DNA from: Haliotis cracherodii | Lineage: Eukaryota | Direction: 5' to 3' | Length of the DNA: 64,000 bases | Assembly: GCF_022045235.1 (NCBI RefSeq) | Contig: NW_027266269.1 | Span: 10,788,001 to 10,852,000, forward strand | Part shown: positions 38,912-50,765 of the stretch, piece after piece | Layout of the letters: every line of letters starts with the position of its first letter | How positions within the stretch are numbered: position 1 is the first letter of the stretch | Notes under the pieces: model-generated | What the model was told of the DNA's origin: nothing | The model's input: only the letters and a program-made list of their open reading frames with translations | The model's database searches: none | Position numbers and translations under genes: made by a program

Positions 38912-39033
38912 CGTCGAACTACAGATACACTCATTGACCTTGGTCTGTCTGCATCATACCTTCTTACCGTTTCGTTAATATAATACATTTTGAGTTGGTT
39001 TGCACGTCTTATTAATCGACAAACATTTGTATC

Positions 39034-42000
39034 TTAAGAATCCCATTCCTTTTTCACGTACACGATATCGGAATTGACAATATTTGGAGCGGTATAAATC
39101 AGTTCTTTTGTTGGAGTTATCTCCCTTGAAGCGTCTGATCCCATTGTCTCATCAACAGACTCAGGCCTATCTCGACTTCCTTCAATAGATTCGTCGCCAT
39201 CAAAAGGCAAGACGCTGAACTGCGGCCGATTTTGCCTTGAGCCCCTGGTCTTTCCTTTTCCACCGGAAGCCACGCAAGTGTCATAGTGCTTCCGGCGGAA
39301 GTACTTGACTCTTCCGACATTGTTCCGGTTAGGACACACCAAGCGCTCCTTGCCGCAGTTGCCACACAGAAACTTGCCCTCTGAGACCGGCGCTGAGTTG
39401 TTAAGTTCTTTCAACATGGCTGCCAGTTCGTCAAACGTCGCCTGTTGTCGGTCATTTCTGTGGACAACATCGGTTCGTCTGAGTTTATCGAATAGATCGT
39501 CATCTTCCGCCTTCTGTGGGTTTTTCTTGCGTCTCCGTTCTGGTATGCCAATGTCATTATGCATGAATGGCATTGCTACTGAAACAGACACGGGTAATAT
39601 GTATGAGTTCGTTTTGATTGTTTATTGTTTAACGCTGCACTCAGCAATAGTCAAGCTATATAACGGCGGTCTGTAAATAATTGAGTCTGGACCAGACAAT
39701 GCAGTGGTTGACATCATGAGCCTCTATCTTCGCATTTGGGATACGATGACATGCATCAACCAGCGAGCCTGACCACCAGATCCCGTTAGTCGCCTCTTAC
39801 GACAAGCACAGTCGCCTTTTACGGGAAGCATGGGATGCTTAAGACCTGTTCTACCCCGGATCTTCACAGGCTTTTAATATGTATGAGTACGTTTTTAGTA
39901 AATTTGTTTGAACATCATACAGCTAATGAAGGAAAGAAACATGTGTGAAACGTTTTGTGTGTTTAATAAAGAAGTAGATTTCTTCACCATTCCACGTCAT
40001 ATTTATATCTCTCATCTAAATGCCTATGGGGGCGGTGTGGTAGCCGAGTGGTTTAAGTGTTCTGTCGTCCCGGGTTCGATTCCCCGCAATGTGTGAACCA
40101 ATTTCTGGCGCCCCCCGAAGTGGTATAGTTGGAGTTTGGCTAAGCGCGGCGTAAAAATAAAGTCACTCACTGAAAGAAGAGTGAGTGAGTGAGTATCGTT
40201 TTACGCCGTCTTTAACTATATTCCAGCAATATCACAGCGAGGGACACCAGAAATGGGCTTCACACATTGTACCCATGTCGGGAATCGAACCCGGGTCTTC
40301 GGCGTGACCAGCGAACACTTTAACCACTAGGCTACCCGATCGCCCCTCAAGAAGAGTGAGAGATGCTCTTATGTTGCATTTTACGCCACAATAACATTAG
40401 GGATTAATTGGCCCTATTTGGTGTTGTTTAACGCCGCACACAGCAAAATTCCAGCTATATGGCAGCGGTTGGGATACGATGACATGCATCAACCATGTCA
40501 GCGTGCCTGACCACCTGATCCCGTAAGTCGCCTCTGACGACAAGCATAGTCGCCTTTTACGGCAAGCATGGACTTCTGAAGACCTGTCTTAACCCTGTGA
40601 GACGAGTATTGGTGATATCGCTGCTTGTTTAAATCACGAAGGAGATGGGTGGTTCAAATGCAGTTTAACGTCGCGTTCAAGATTATTGCACTTATAGAGC
40701 GACGTACATCAACGTTTGTATGTGCATGTGTGGCTGCTTGTACTAATCCGGACAAATGCCAATGTTATAGTGCTAGCCTTCTGAGATACTATGTCGGGGT
40801 TGGACATCAACTACCCATTCAGCCACATTATACTGACTCCGAGCCGACCAGTCCTTTTAGCCCCTTTAAGCCTAGCGCCAGACAAGGTAACAACAAGTAC
40901 CATCTTTTAACGTCTTTTGGTATGACGCGGCCTGAGATCGAAACCCGACCTTCTGCTCTCCGGGTGGACGCTCTACCACTAGACCTCGGAGGCCGTCAAA
41001 TCACAAAGGAACAATAATTTTTGATTGGACAACTATTCTCAGCGTCGCATCATTTAAATAGGCCCCAATACGAAGCTATTGTATGGAATATGCCCAATAA
41101 TAAAACAGATAATTAAAGGATATATTATCTCCTGGTTTGTCAAGGATGAGCTTAGTGTCAATTCCATATGGCACCGACCACCGAGTGTGAAATATTTCTC
41201 AGAAATATTTTTTTTCAGACTATGCTCCTAGACTTATGTTTTCTCTGAAAGCAATTTCATATATTTTTTTTTCATAATTTTTACATATTTGAAACACATT
41301 GTTTTTATAGTGAGTGAGTGAGTTTGATTTTTACGCCGCTTTAAGCAATATTCCAGCAATATCACGGTTGGGGACATCAGAAATGGGCTTCACACATTGT
41401 ACCTATGTCGGGAATCGAACCCGGGTCTTCGGCGTGACGAGCGGAGGCTTTAACCACTAGGCTACCCTACCGCCCCGATTATTTGTATAATCCAAATTAA
41501 TGTCAATATAAGTCTTATACGATATAAATGTATCGAGTTAAATGAGTATAAGCTGTATAATGAGTAAAACACTAATCAAAAGGTTTTTTTCTGTTTTAAA
41601 ACCAACAAGTGTCTTACGTTCTTCCGGGGGGCACGGGTGTCCCAGTCGTCTAAGGCGCCGCAATGCGCTGTGCAGAGTTGCGTCCCTTGGGCACGCCAGA
41701 AACCTATGATGTTCGAATCCCGGTTCGCCCTGATTATGTTTCCAGGTCTGTCAACACCATACCCGTGCTCGTGGGTTTTACCGAAGTAGTAAACGTCTGA
41801 GACCTTCATCACTTCGGGCTTTCCTCCAACATTAAGCTGACACGCCGTGATATAACTGGAATACTGTTAGAAGCGGCGTTAAACCCAACTCACTCACTCA
41901 CTCACACTTACGTTCTTCCATCTGGTCTTCTTTCTGGAATACCACCGAGTGTTGAATATCCGGGTCTCGTCGCATCGACTGACCTCCCGATGCCATAGGA

Positions 42001-42380
42001 ACGATCAAAATTGACCCTGGGCGACCTTTGACACAAGCTATGATCTTCTTACAGATGATGATCTCAAGTGTGTCATTTCTGTTGGCGCGCAGTTTCAACA
42101 TCTGCATACTATACTGGTGCTGGGTCCTCACAGCGAACCGCTCGTTATTGTCGCTCACACGATATAACAGAACATCATATTGAACAAATCCCAGCTCTTC
42201 CACAATGCTATCTATTCCAACGAAATCCATTACGAAGTGTTTAAACTCCGACACATGGTGAAAGAACATCGGTATCTGAACCTCGGAATTCTCCTTTAAC
42301 AACTCGTGCCCATGCTCGTCAATGCCATAAATTATGGCTTTAAATTCAACAGAGTCAGCGCCGGACATACTCGCATTCAT
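39034..42380 (-). CDS. Uncharacterised 337-aa protein with PB1-like N-terminal domain and CxxC...HxxxC zinc finger; exons 42380-41912 and 39578-39034
   Basis: Two non-repetitive ORFs joined in phase 1 by GTAAGT/CAG (1014 nt); in-frame upstream stop before the ATG; RRRKK basic motif; CGNCGKER...RKHYDTC. Domain names are inference. Confidence 0.8.
39609..39874 (-). mobile_element. Full-length family D copy
   Basis: 14-bp TSD TAATATGTATGAGT at 39595-39608 and 39875-39888. Confidence 0.9.
40028..41476. mobile_element. Intronic SINE cluster (A 40028-40171 +, A 40179-40346 -, D 40421-40600 -, C 40660-40997 -, A 41308-41476 -)
   Basis: Matches to family consensus sequences. Confidence 0.8.
41626..41906 (+). 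mobile_element. Family B SINE inserted into a splice donor
   Basis: 13-bp TSD CTTACGTTCTTCC at 41613-41625 and 41907-41919. Confidence 0.92.
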
Positions 42381-43109
42381 TTCCAGGCCGGTGCACGACG
42401 CGCCACTGTTATTAGTCGTACGTACGATAGTATAAGCTTACGCGTGGGAAAGGAGAATTCTCGCTGATGTTGAGCTTCCTCGTGCATTAAATTGTCCTCT
42501 GCTGTCTGCGCTGGGTAAAGTGTAGCTTCCTTCTGCACTGATCCTGAGAATATAACACGACTACGTCCCGTTCACAGAAAGTGGCGTATGGGAATTGATG
42601 CATCCCACATATTTTCGGCGTTTTTCCCAAATTCCCAAACTTGGCGTATCGACAGGCGCCAGTGAAACAGGTACTCGCGATACTATTGTCGACACAACTG
42701 TTACAAATGTATTGATTGCGATATCGCGCTGAAATGACTCGCGCTACAATTTGCTAGGATAGGTAAGTAATATTGAATTATTAAGTATTCCTCTAACGCT
42801 GTCATTTTAAAATAATAGTCGCGACATTGAATTATACTAGTTTCAGGACCTCAAATGAAATCGCAATCATCATATTTTATAAATGTTTTTTTTTCATTCC
42901 TCGCAGTAATCTTCACGATAACGGCACTGACAAAGCATATAATTATGTAATATCGTCGCTATTCAACTGTGGACACGGTTGTTTTTGCAAACAATATAAT
43001 TACTAACTGAAACGAACTTCGATATTATTTATGATTACATAGAGACGAAATTTGAAGATTGGTCTGTTTAAGGAAAACAAACTAACGGCAAGGATAAAGA
43101 TACTTTGAT

Positions 43110-44660
43110 GTGGAATTGGGTGTGGGGTCGGATGTGAGGTGTAGGGTCGGATGTGGGTGTGTGGGTTGTGATATGGGTGCGTGGGGTGGGATGTGATGTG
43201 GATGTGTGGGGTGTGTGGAGTGTGGGTTGTGATGTGGGTGTGCTGCGTGTGGATGTGTGGGGTCTGAGATGTGATGTGGGTGTGTGGGGTGTGGGTTGCG
43301 ATGTGGATGTGTGGGGTGTGGGTTGTGATGTGGGTGTGTGGAGTGTGGGTTGTGATGTGGGTGTGTGGAGTGTGGGTTGTGATGTGGGTGTGTGGCGTGT
43401 GGGTTGTGATGTGGGAGTGTGGGTTGCGATGTGGGTGTGTGGAGTGTGGGTTGTGATGTGGATGTGTGGAGTGTGGGTTATGATGTGGATGTGTGGGTTG
43501 CGATGTGGGTGTGTGGAGTGTGGGTTGTGATGTGGGTGTGTGGAGTGTGGGTTGCGATGTGGGTGTGTGGAGTGTGGGTTGTGATGTGGGTGTGTGGCAT
43601 GTGGGTTGTGATGTGGGTGTGTGGCATGTGGGTTTGGATGTGGGTGTGTGGGTGTGTGGGGTGTGGGTTGTGATGTGGGGTGTGTGGGGTGTGGGTTGTG
43701 ATGTGGGGTGTGTGGGGTGTGGGTTGTGATGTGGGTGTGTGGGTTGTGATGTGGGTGTGTGGCATGTGGGTTGTGATGTGGATGTGTGGGGTGTGGGTTG
43801 TGATGTGGATGTGTGGGTTGCGATGTGGGTGTGTGGAGCGTGGGTTGTGATGTGGGTGTGTGGCATGTGGGTTGTGATGTGGGTGTGTGGCATGTGGGTT
43901 GTGATGTGGGTGTGTGGGTGTGTGGGGTGTGGGTTGTGATGTGGGTGTGTGGGGTGTGGGTTGTGATGTGGGGTGTGTGGGGTGTGGGTTGTGATGTGGG
44001 TGTGTGGGGTGTGGGTTGTGATGTGGAGTGTGGGTTGTGATGTGGATGTGTGGGTTGTGATGTGGATGTGTGGGGTGTGGGGTGTGGGTTGTGATGTGGA
44101 TGTGTGGGTTGTGATGTGGGTGTGTGGGTTGTGATGTGGATGTGTGGGGTGTGGGTTGTGATGTGGATGTGTGGGTTGTGATGTGGATGTGTGGATCGTG
44201 GGTTGTGATGTGGATGTGTGGGTTGTGATGTGGGTGTGTGGGGTGTGGGTTGTGATGTGGATGTGTGGAGTGTGGGTTGTGATGTGGGTGTGTGGGGTGT
44301 GGGTTGTGATGTGGATGTGTGGGGTGTGGGTTGTGATGTGGGTGTGTGGGATGTGGGTTGTGATGTGGGTGTGTGGGTTGTGATGTGGGTGTGTGGGGTG
44401 TGGGTTGTGATGTGGGTGTGTGGAGTGTGGGTTGTGATGTGGGTGTGTGGGATGTGGGTTGTGATGTGGGTGTGTGGGTTGTGATGTGGGTGTGTGGGGT
44501 GTGGGTTGTGATGTGGATGTGTGGGGTGTGGGTTGTGATGTGGGTGTGTGGGTTGCGATGTGGGTGTGTGGGTTGGGATGTTGGTGTGTGGGTTGGGATG
44601 TAGGTGTGTGGGTTGCGATGTGGTTGTGTGGGTTGGGGTGTGTGGGTTGGGATGTTGGTG
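43110..44660. repeat. GT-rich minisatellite (GTGGGTTGTGATGTGGGTGTGTGGGGT variants)
   Basis: Tandem array visible. Confidence 0.95.
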
Positions 44661-45822
44661 CCCGTGCCCCCTGTCACGCCAAAGACCCGGTTTCGCTTCG
44701 CGATGCGGGTGCAATGTGTGAAGCCCATTTCTGGTGTCCCATGTCTTAATATTGCTGTAATATAACTAAAAGCAACATTTTTCTGCAACCACCACTGATC
44801 ACCAACGATGCTATTCATGATAGATATTCTTGCAAACATGCTCTCTACTTATCATTGTTTTCATTTAGTACAGTTGTAAACTTGGAGTGGTGGTGAAATC
44901 GGAATTAAAAAAAAATTCGACACACCTTCTATTTTGTTTAATGAAGATGAAGAGAAAGAGGAGGATTAAACTAAACGAGAGGCTACCTCCGCCTACGAGA
45001 CGCAGTGTATCAACACTATGACCACACGCTACGCTAATCCTGATGACTTTCGAGCTAAACACCGCGGTGTTTCCTTGTGGATGTGACAGTACATGTGTGG
45101 GGGCTATGGTGGCCTATTCCTTCCCGTCTCCCATTTTTAGTAAATGTTTTGTTTGTTTGTTGTTTAATTCAGATCCGGGTTAGAATTAAAATAAATCAAC
45201 CCACGATTGTCGTAAGAGGCGGCAAACGGGATCGGGTGGTCAGGCTCGCTGACTTGGTTGATGCATGTCATCGTATCCCATTTGCGTGATTCGATGCTCA
45301 TGATATCAATCACGGAATTGTCTGGACCAGACTCGAAATAATTTATAGACCCCCATCATATATCTGGTGAGTGCGGCGTTAAAACACAACCAGCTAACCA
45401 AACATACGTAACAATGTAGCCTCGTATTTCAAAGCACCGGTACAAGGGTAAGATGTGTGCACCCCATTTATGTAGCTAAAACACGGCCTGAGGCCATTGT
45501 GTCTTATAGTATCTACTGTAACATTGGCATTTTTATTATTTATTTAGGGGTGTGATACTTAACTATCTGGCAAAAGCAAGTATACACTTTTCAGTCGAAT
45601 GTAAACAAAACAATACCAACGTTATCTAAGCAACACTAGACTGAAAACATTCATAAAAAACTCTGCAAAATGTATCAAAACATAATATATTTTTTATGAC
45701 ACAGCGCGTAAGGATATAGGCATATCATATAAGGATATAAGGGTATAATATATTTTATATGCATAATATAAGATGTTTACAATATAGAAACACACTTGTC
45801 TATTAATCTCTATTTATTATCT

Positions 45823-45991
45823 GGGGCGGTCGGGTAGCCTAGTGGTTAAAGCGTTCGCTCGTCACGCCGAAGATCCGGGTTCGATTCCCGACATGGGTAC
45901 AATATGTGAAGCCCATTTCTGGTGTCCCCCGCCGTGATATTGCTGGAATATTGCTAAAAGCGGCGTAAAACCAAACTCACTCACTCACTCA
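45823..45991 (+). mobile_element. Family A SINE, near-consensus
   Basis: 13-bp TSD CTATTTATTATCT. Confidence 0.93.
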
Positions 45992-46892
45992 CTATTTATT
46001 ATCTATATGTATAGGCTGTTTTACATTTGTCTAAAAAATATCTGTAGCACCTTGACTAAATCTATGAGATACAACAGTAATCTGCCGATTTTGTTCCAAT
46101 TCAATTGTCTTTGGTATTGAATGTACTTTACTGTAACGCATGTATCGGCGCGCGCATGTGTCAGGAAACTAGTTTTTGTATTGTACGGAAACGTAGGAAA
46201 CTGACTGGTCAACCTGCTGCGTTGCCTTTCCTTCCTTAAGTCGTAGTGAGCACGCATACCTGTGGTTTTGAAACGTATTTCTTTTAAACGTTTTGTACAA
46301 ATAAAAAGTACGTATCATTTCCGTGTTGGTAACGAAGTTTAGTTTTAATTTAATTAATAATAAAGTGATATTATTCATAAACATGTATCGTCATTACTAT
46401 ACTCTTTTTGTCAGTTTATCAAAAAGTTGAATGAATGAAGCTGAATGAAATAAAAGCGAAAGAAGAATGTAGTTCCGGAAGTCATGAAACAAAATTAATG
46501 AAGAGGTTTTGTCTGATCTGGTTGTAGATAGTACTGTATGGAATCGTAGAAGGGACATTGTCGCGTTAGTTACAAAACCAAGTATACAGTGTCAGAAATA
46601 ACCGAAGCGCTTCAATGCGGCAACGTGACATTTTTTACCTTTTATTAAAATGTGTGAAAAGGGCTTTGATATGCACGACAACGAGACAATGTGACAACGA
46701 CAACGCGACATTTTGATAATGTCCCATTGTCGCGCTTTAAATGCTAGTTTTGACTTTTATTAATGCGACAATGCAACAACGCGACATTGCGACCTTATCA
46801 AAATACCCATCATACCCATTGCAAGGATATACCTAGGATACCTCTCGAACAAAATGTGGGCAAATGTAAGCATATCATTCTAGTCCAACCCG

Positions 46893-47558
46893 GACTCACT
46901 CACTCACTCACTCACTCACTCACTCACTCACTCACTCACTAACACAACCACACAACCACTCACTCACACACTCACTCACTCACTCACTCACACAACCACT
47001 CACTCACACACACACTCACTCACTCACTCCCCAACACAACCACTCACTCACCAACACAACCACTCACACAACCACTCACTCACTCACTCACACACTCACT
47101 CACTCACCAACACAACCACTCACTCACTCACACACTCACTCACTCAACAACACAACCACTCACTCACTCACCAACACAACCACTCACTCACCCACTCACT
47201 CAACAACACAACCACTCACTCACTCACCAACACAACCACTTACCAACACAACCACTCACTCACTCACTCACACAACCACTCATTCACTCACCAACACAAC
47301 CACTCACCAACACAACCACTCACTCACACCCTCACTCACTCACTCACTCAACCACTCAACAACGCAACCACTCACTCACTCACTCAACCACTCAGCCACT
47401 CAACAACACAACCACTCACTCACTCACTCACCAACACAACCACTCACTCACTCACCAGCACAGCCACTCAACAACACAGCCACTCAACAACACAACCACT
47501 CACTCACTCACTCACTCACTCACACTCACCCTCACCACCACTCACTCACTCACTCACC
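46893..47558. repeat. (ACTC)n / CAACACAACC compound microsatellite
   Basis: Tandem array visible. Confidence 0.93.
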
Positions 47559-49059
47559 CTGTGAAATAAATGTAGATCTTAATAATCCAGATGGTTCATA
47601 CCAAGGTTTGCGGGTTAAAGTGGTCACTGTGTTTGTGTTCATATTGTATTAACAAGGAGTAGCAAGCGAATGACTTAACGCAGAAACATTCGAAACACAC
47701 ACAAACAGCTTAAACATAGTTTGAGGAATTATAAGTAATAAAACATGATATAGAAACGACAGAAAGATAAAGAAGCACTTGTCGTGAGAAGCGACATGTT
47801 TAAGAAGGAAATAAACCATTCTTGTTTATTCCTAATCATAAGCACTCGTCAACCCTCAGGGAAACCCAGCCTCCACTATCTCATAATGAAAAGCAGAAAT
47901 CATAAGGCATACACTCAATGATGGCCATTCTCTTATACCGATTATGTCGTTTTTACCCCTCTGCATTAAATGATTTGTCACAGTAACCACCTCTCTCATC
48001 CCTGACAGAAGCCATCCCCGCTCTTACAGGTTGCGTGCGTGTGTGCTTTTTTCAGAGGAGGAAGCTGACATTTGTGATATTCCTATTGTTAGGCTCCTAT
48101 ATATTTATCACCAATACAAACCTAAATAGAAAGAGAGTGTCCAAACTATATTTCGTGTTTCATCAATTTCAAATTCCGTTTCATTATGTGTTTAAGTTTT
48201 TAATTTACAATGACACGTCAGGTCATCAGTTTTTTCAATAAAATAAACAAACATCAATGGAATTCTAACATAAATTCTTAGCCTATGCCTGTCAAGAGGT
48301 TTCAGTTGTGTTTATTTGGTCAATAAAATACTTCCACAGTACTGAGATGAGAGTCGTGGCCTTAAACCCCTGTCACATGTTTCCGAGACTTGGCGAATCT
48401 GTAAACAAAAGTGAAGCGGTGAGTTTTGATACTGTCTCCGTTACAGAACTTGAGAGTGTGAATGGGGCTGGAAAGACACTTGTTTGGTTTGCGGAGAACG
48501 AAACAGCGCCGTCGATCGACGTCACGTTCACAAACAATTTCAACAAATAGCAATCGTAAAAGCCGAGGAAGAATGTTCGGGACATGCAACGAGTCGCGAA
48601 TAGCCTACCGGTGTTGGCCATGAGGTGTGCTGGTGACCCCCCTGCAAGAATTATTACTTCTGGTTCCGACCAACCCCACGAGCTCGTCACGAAACATCGC
48701 CCTAGCACGCGGATGAGAGCGCTACGTCATAGCTCGTGCCGTGACGCAGTTGCATGAGCTTAGGATTTCGCCCGCCGAGATTGTCGCAGTTTGTCGGAAT
48801 ATGCTGCGCGATACCCACCCCCCTCCTCGTGTCTGTCACTTCAACAAAAGGGATCATGTTGTCATAGTCTCTACCCCTCTGTGATGCCGCTCAACCTGAC
48901 TTCCATATATTGTCAACTGTTTTTGATACTGATTCAAAACACGGCCGTCGTTCGGCGAATCCAGACCGCGCGGACCTAATAGAAGACACTTCTTCTAATT
49001 AGCATTGCGCGGACCTCAGAGAAGACACATTACACAGTTACTTTTTATGAGGACACAAC

Positions 49060-49257
49060 ATGAGACTCGTTACAATGAAGATGGAACTAGGTGTAGTGTC
49101 AGTTGTTTTGACTTTTTTCTCCGCACTGCTGCTGAGGAGAGTTGAAGGGCACGGGCGATTAATAGACCCACCTTCACGTGCATCAATGTGGCGATTCGGT
49201 TTCGAGGTACCTCAAGCTGACTATGACGATAACCAAGGATACTGTGGAGGTCAGACA
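49060..49257 (+). CDS. Exon 1 of an AA15-type lytic polysaccharide monooxygenase (chitin-binding type-4 domain); remaining exons not found in window
   Basis: Signal peptide ending VEG, then mature N-terminal His: HGRLIDPPSRASMWRFGFEVPQADYDDNQGYCGGQT, followed by GTAAGT donor (phase 0). Confidence 0.9.
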
Positions 49258-50385
49258 GTAAGTTACCAATTTAATTATTTTCTTTGATAATTAAATTATC
49301 CACTACAAATCTGAAATATCCAGCTGTCAGTCTTTATGTGCAATCCCTTATGCGTGTCGGAACCCTATGATTGTGGGTTCAAAATCGAACCGATTTTGTT
49401 TCTACAATGTCAGCACCGTGTTCTTGTTCTTACCAAAGTGGTAAACGTTTAAAACGTGAATCACTTAGGGTTTTTCTCCCACAGCTGCCAACCGCAGTAT
49501 AAAAGTAGTTTCCAAGGCAGTGTTAATCCAACTCGGGCTGCTCGTGGTTCTGGTTTTGTCAGCACCATACCGTGGGTTTAACCAAATTGGTATCACATCG
49601 GGATTTCCTCCCACGTCAAGCTGACACGCCGTAACTGGAATATTAGTCAAAGCACCGTTAAACAAAACTCACTCACACGCATATTATCGACTTGAAGGAA
49701 AGATCAGCTGAGACAGCACCACACAATTTAAGTTGAAAATGTCAGCACCATACTCGTCGGTTTCATAAGGGAGGTGCCGTGATGTAACTGAATATTAAAG
49801 TGACAAACCCCTTTCAATATTCTGAAGAAATCTCTGCCAAAAGAAGTCGATGAGCATTTATCTATTATCACATGGTGCTGATAAAAGATGTACGCGAAAA
49901 TGTGAGCGTATCACCGTTGACACACGTCACAAACACATGCAATGCAACTGTTCCCCTGAAAATAAAGTGAACACAATGTATAAGTCAAAATAGAGAATTA
50001 TATCGGACATCATTATTCGTGACTGATGTTCCAAATTTTAAATTTGGAGATGTCCCCACATGTCTTCCATATAACTTGAGCGGTGGGATAGCCTTGTGGT
50101 TAAAGCGTTGGCTCGTCACGCCGAAGATCCGGATTAGATACACCACATGGGTACAATGCGTGAAGCCTATTTTTTGTCCCCCTGCGTTATATTGCTGGAA
50201 TATTGCTTAAAGAAGCATAAAAACCTATTCACTCACTCACAACCTTAAAACTTTAAAAAAAGTTTAAAAAAAGTTTTACTGAAGCCTTGAATGCTGTATC
50301 CTTTGTCAAACAGTTTCTGGGCAAGAGTTGTGTTTTCAGAGCGGTTAAACACAACCTAATCACTTCAATCTACATGATAATAAAA

Positions 50386-50765
50386 GACCGCCTCCGTGGT
50401 CTAGTGGTAGAGCGTCCGCCCGGAGAGTTCGGGGTTCGATCCCCGGCCGCGTCATACCAAAAGACGTTAAAAGATGGTAATTGTTGTTACCCTGTCTGGT
50501 GCTCGGCATTAAGGGGCTAAAACATGGACTGGTCGGCTCGGAGTCAGTATAATGTGTCTGAGTGGGATATTCATGTTAAACTGCGGCATGGTATCTCAGT
50601 GAGCTAGCACTATAAATCGGCATCAGTCCGGACTAGTACAAGCAGCCACACAAACACACACACGTACATGCACGTCGCTATATAAGTGCAATAATCTTGG
50701 TCGCGATGTTAAACCCAATTTCACCTCACCTCACCTCACCTCACCTCACCTCACCTCACCTCACC
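50386..50765 (+). mobile_element. Family C SINE
   Basis: 11-bp TSD TGATAATAAAA; long (TCACC)n tail. Confidence 0.92.

Noticed and set aside
43003-44839. His/Pro/Thr and Val/Trp/Cys/Gly-rich ORFs
   Set aside because: GT-rich minisatellite translations
45040-45072. CTGATGA followed by a small hairpin and palindrome AAACACCGCGGTGTTT as a hammerhead
   Set aside because: GAAA reads TAAA, stem II is minimal and there is no stem I
45823-45896. tRNA-Asp-like gene (and similar heads elsewhere)
   Set aside because: SINE head: imperfect acceptor stem, continues into a SINE body and tail, TSD-flanked, many decayed copies
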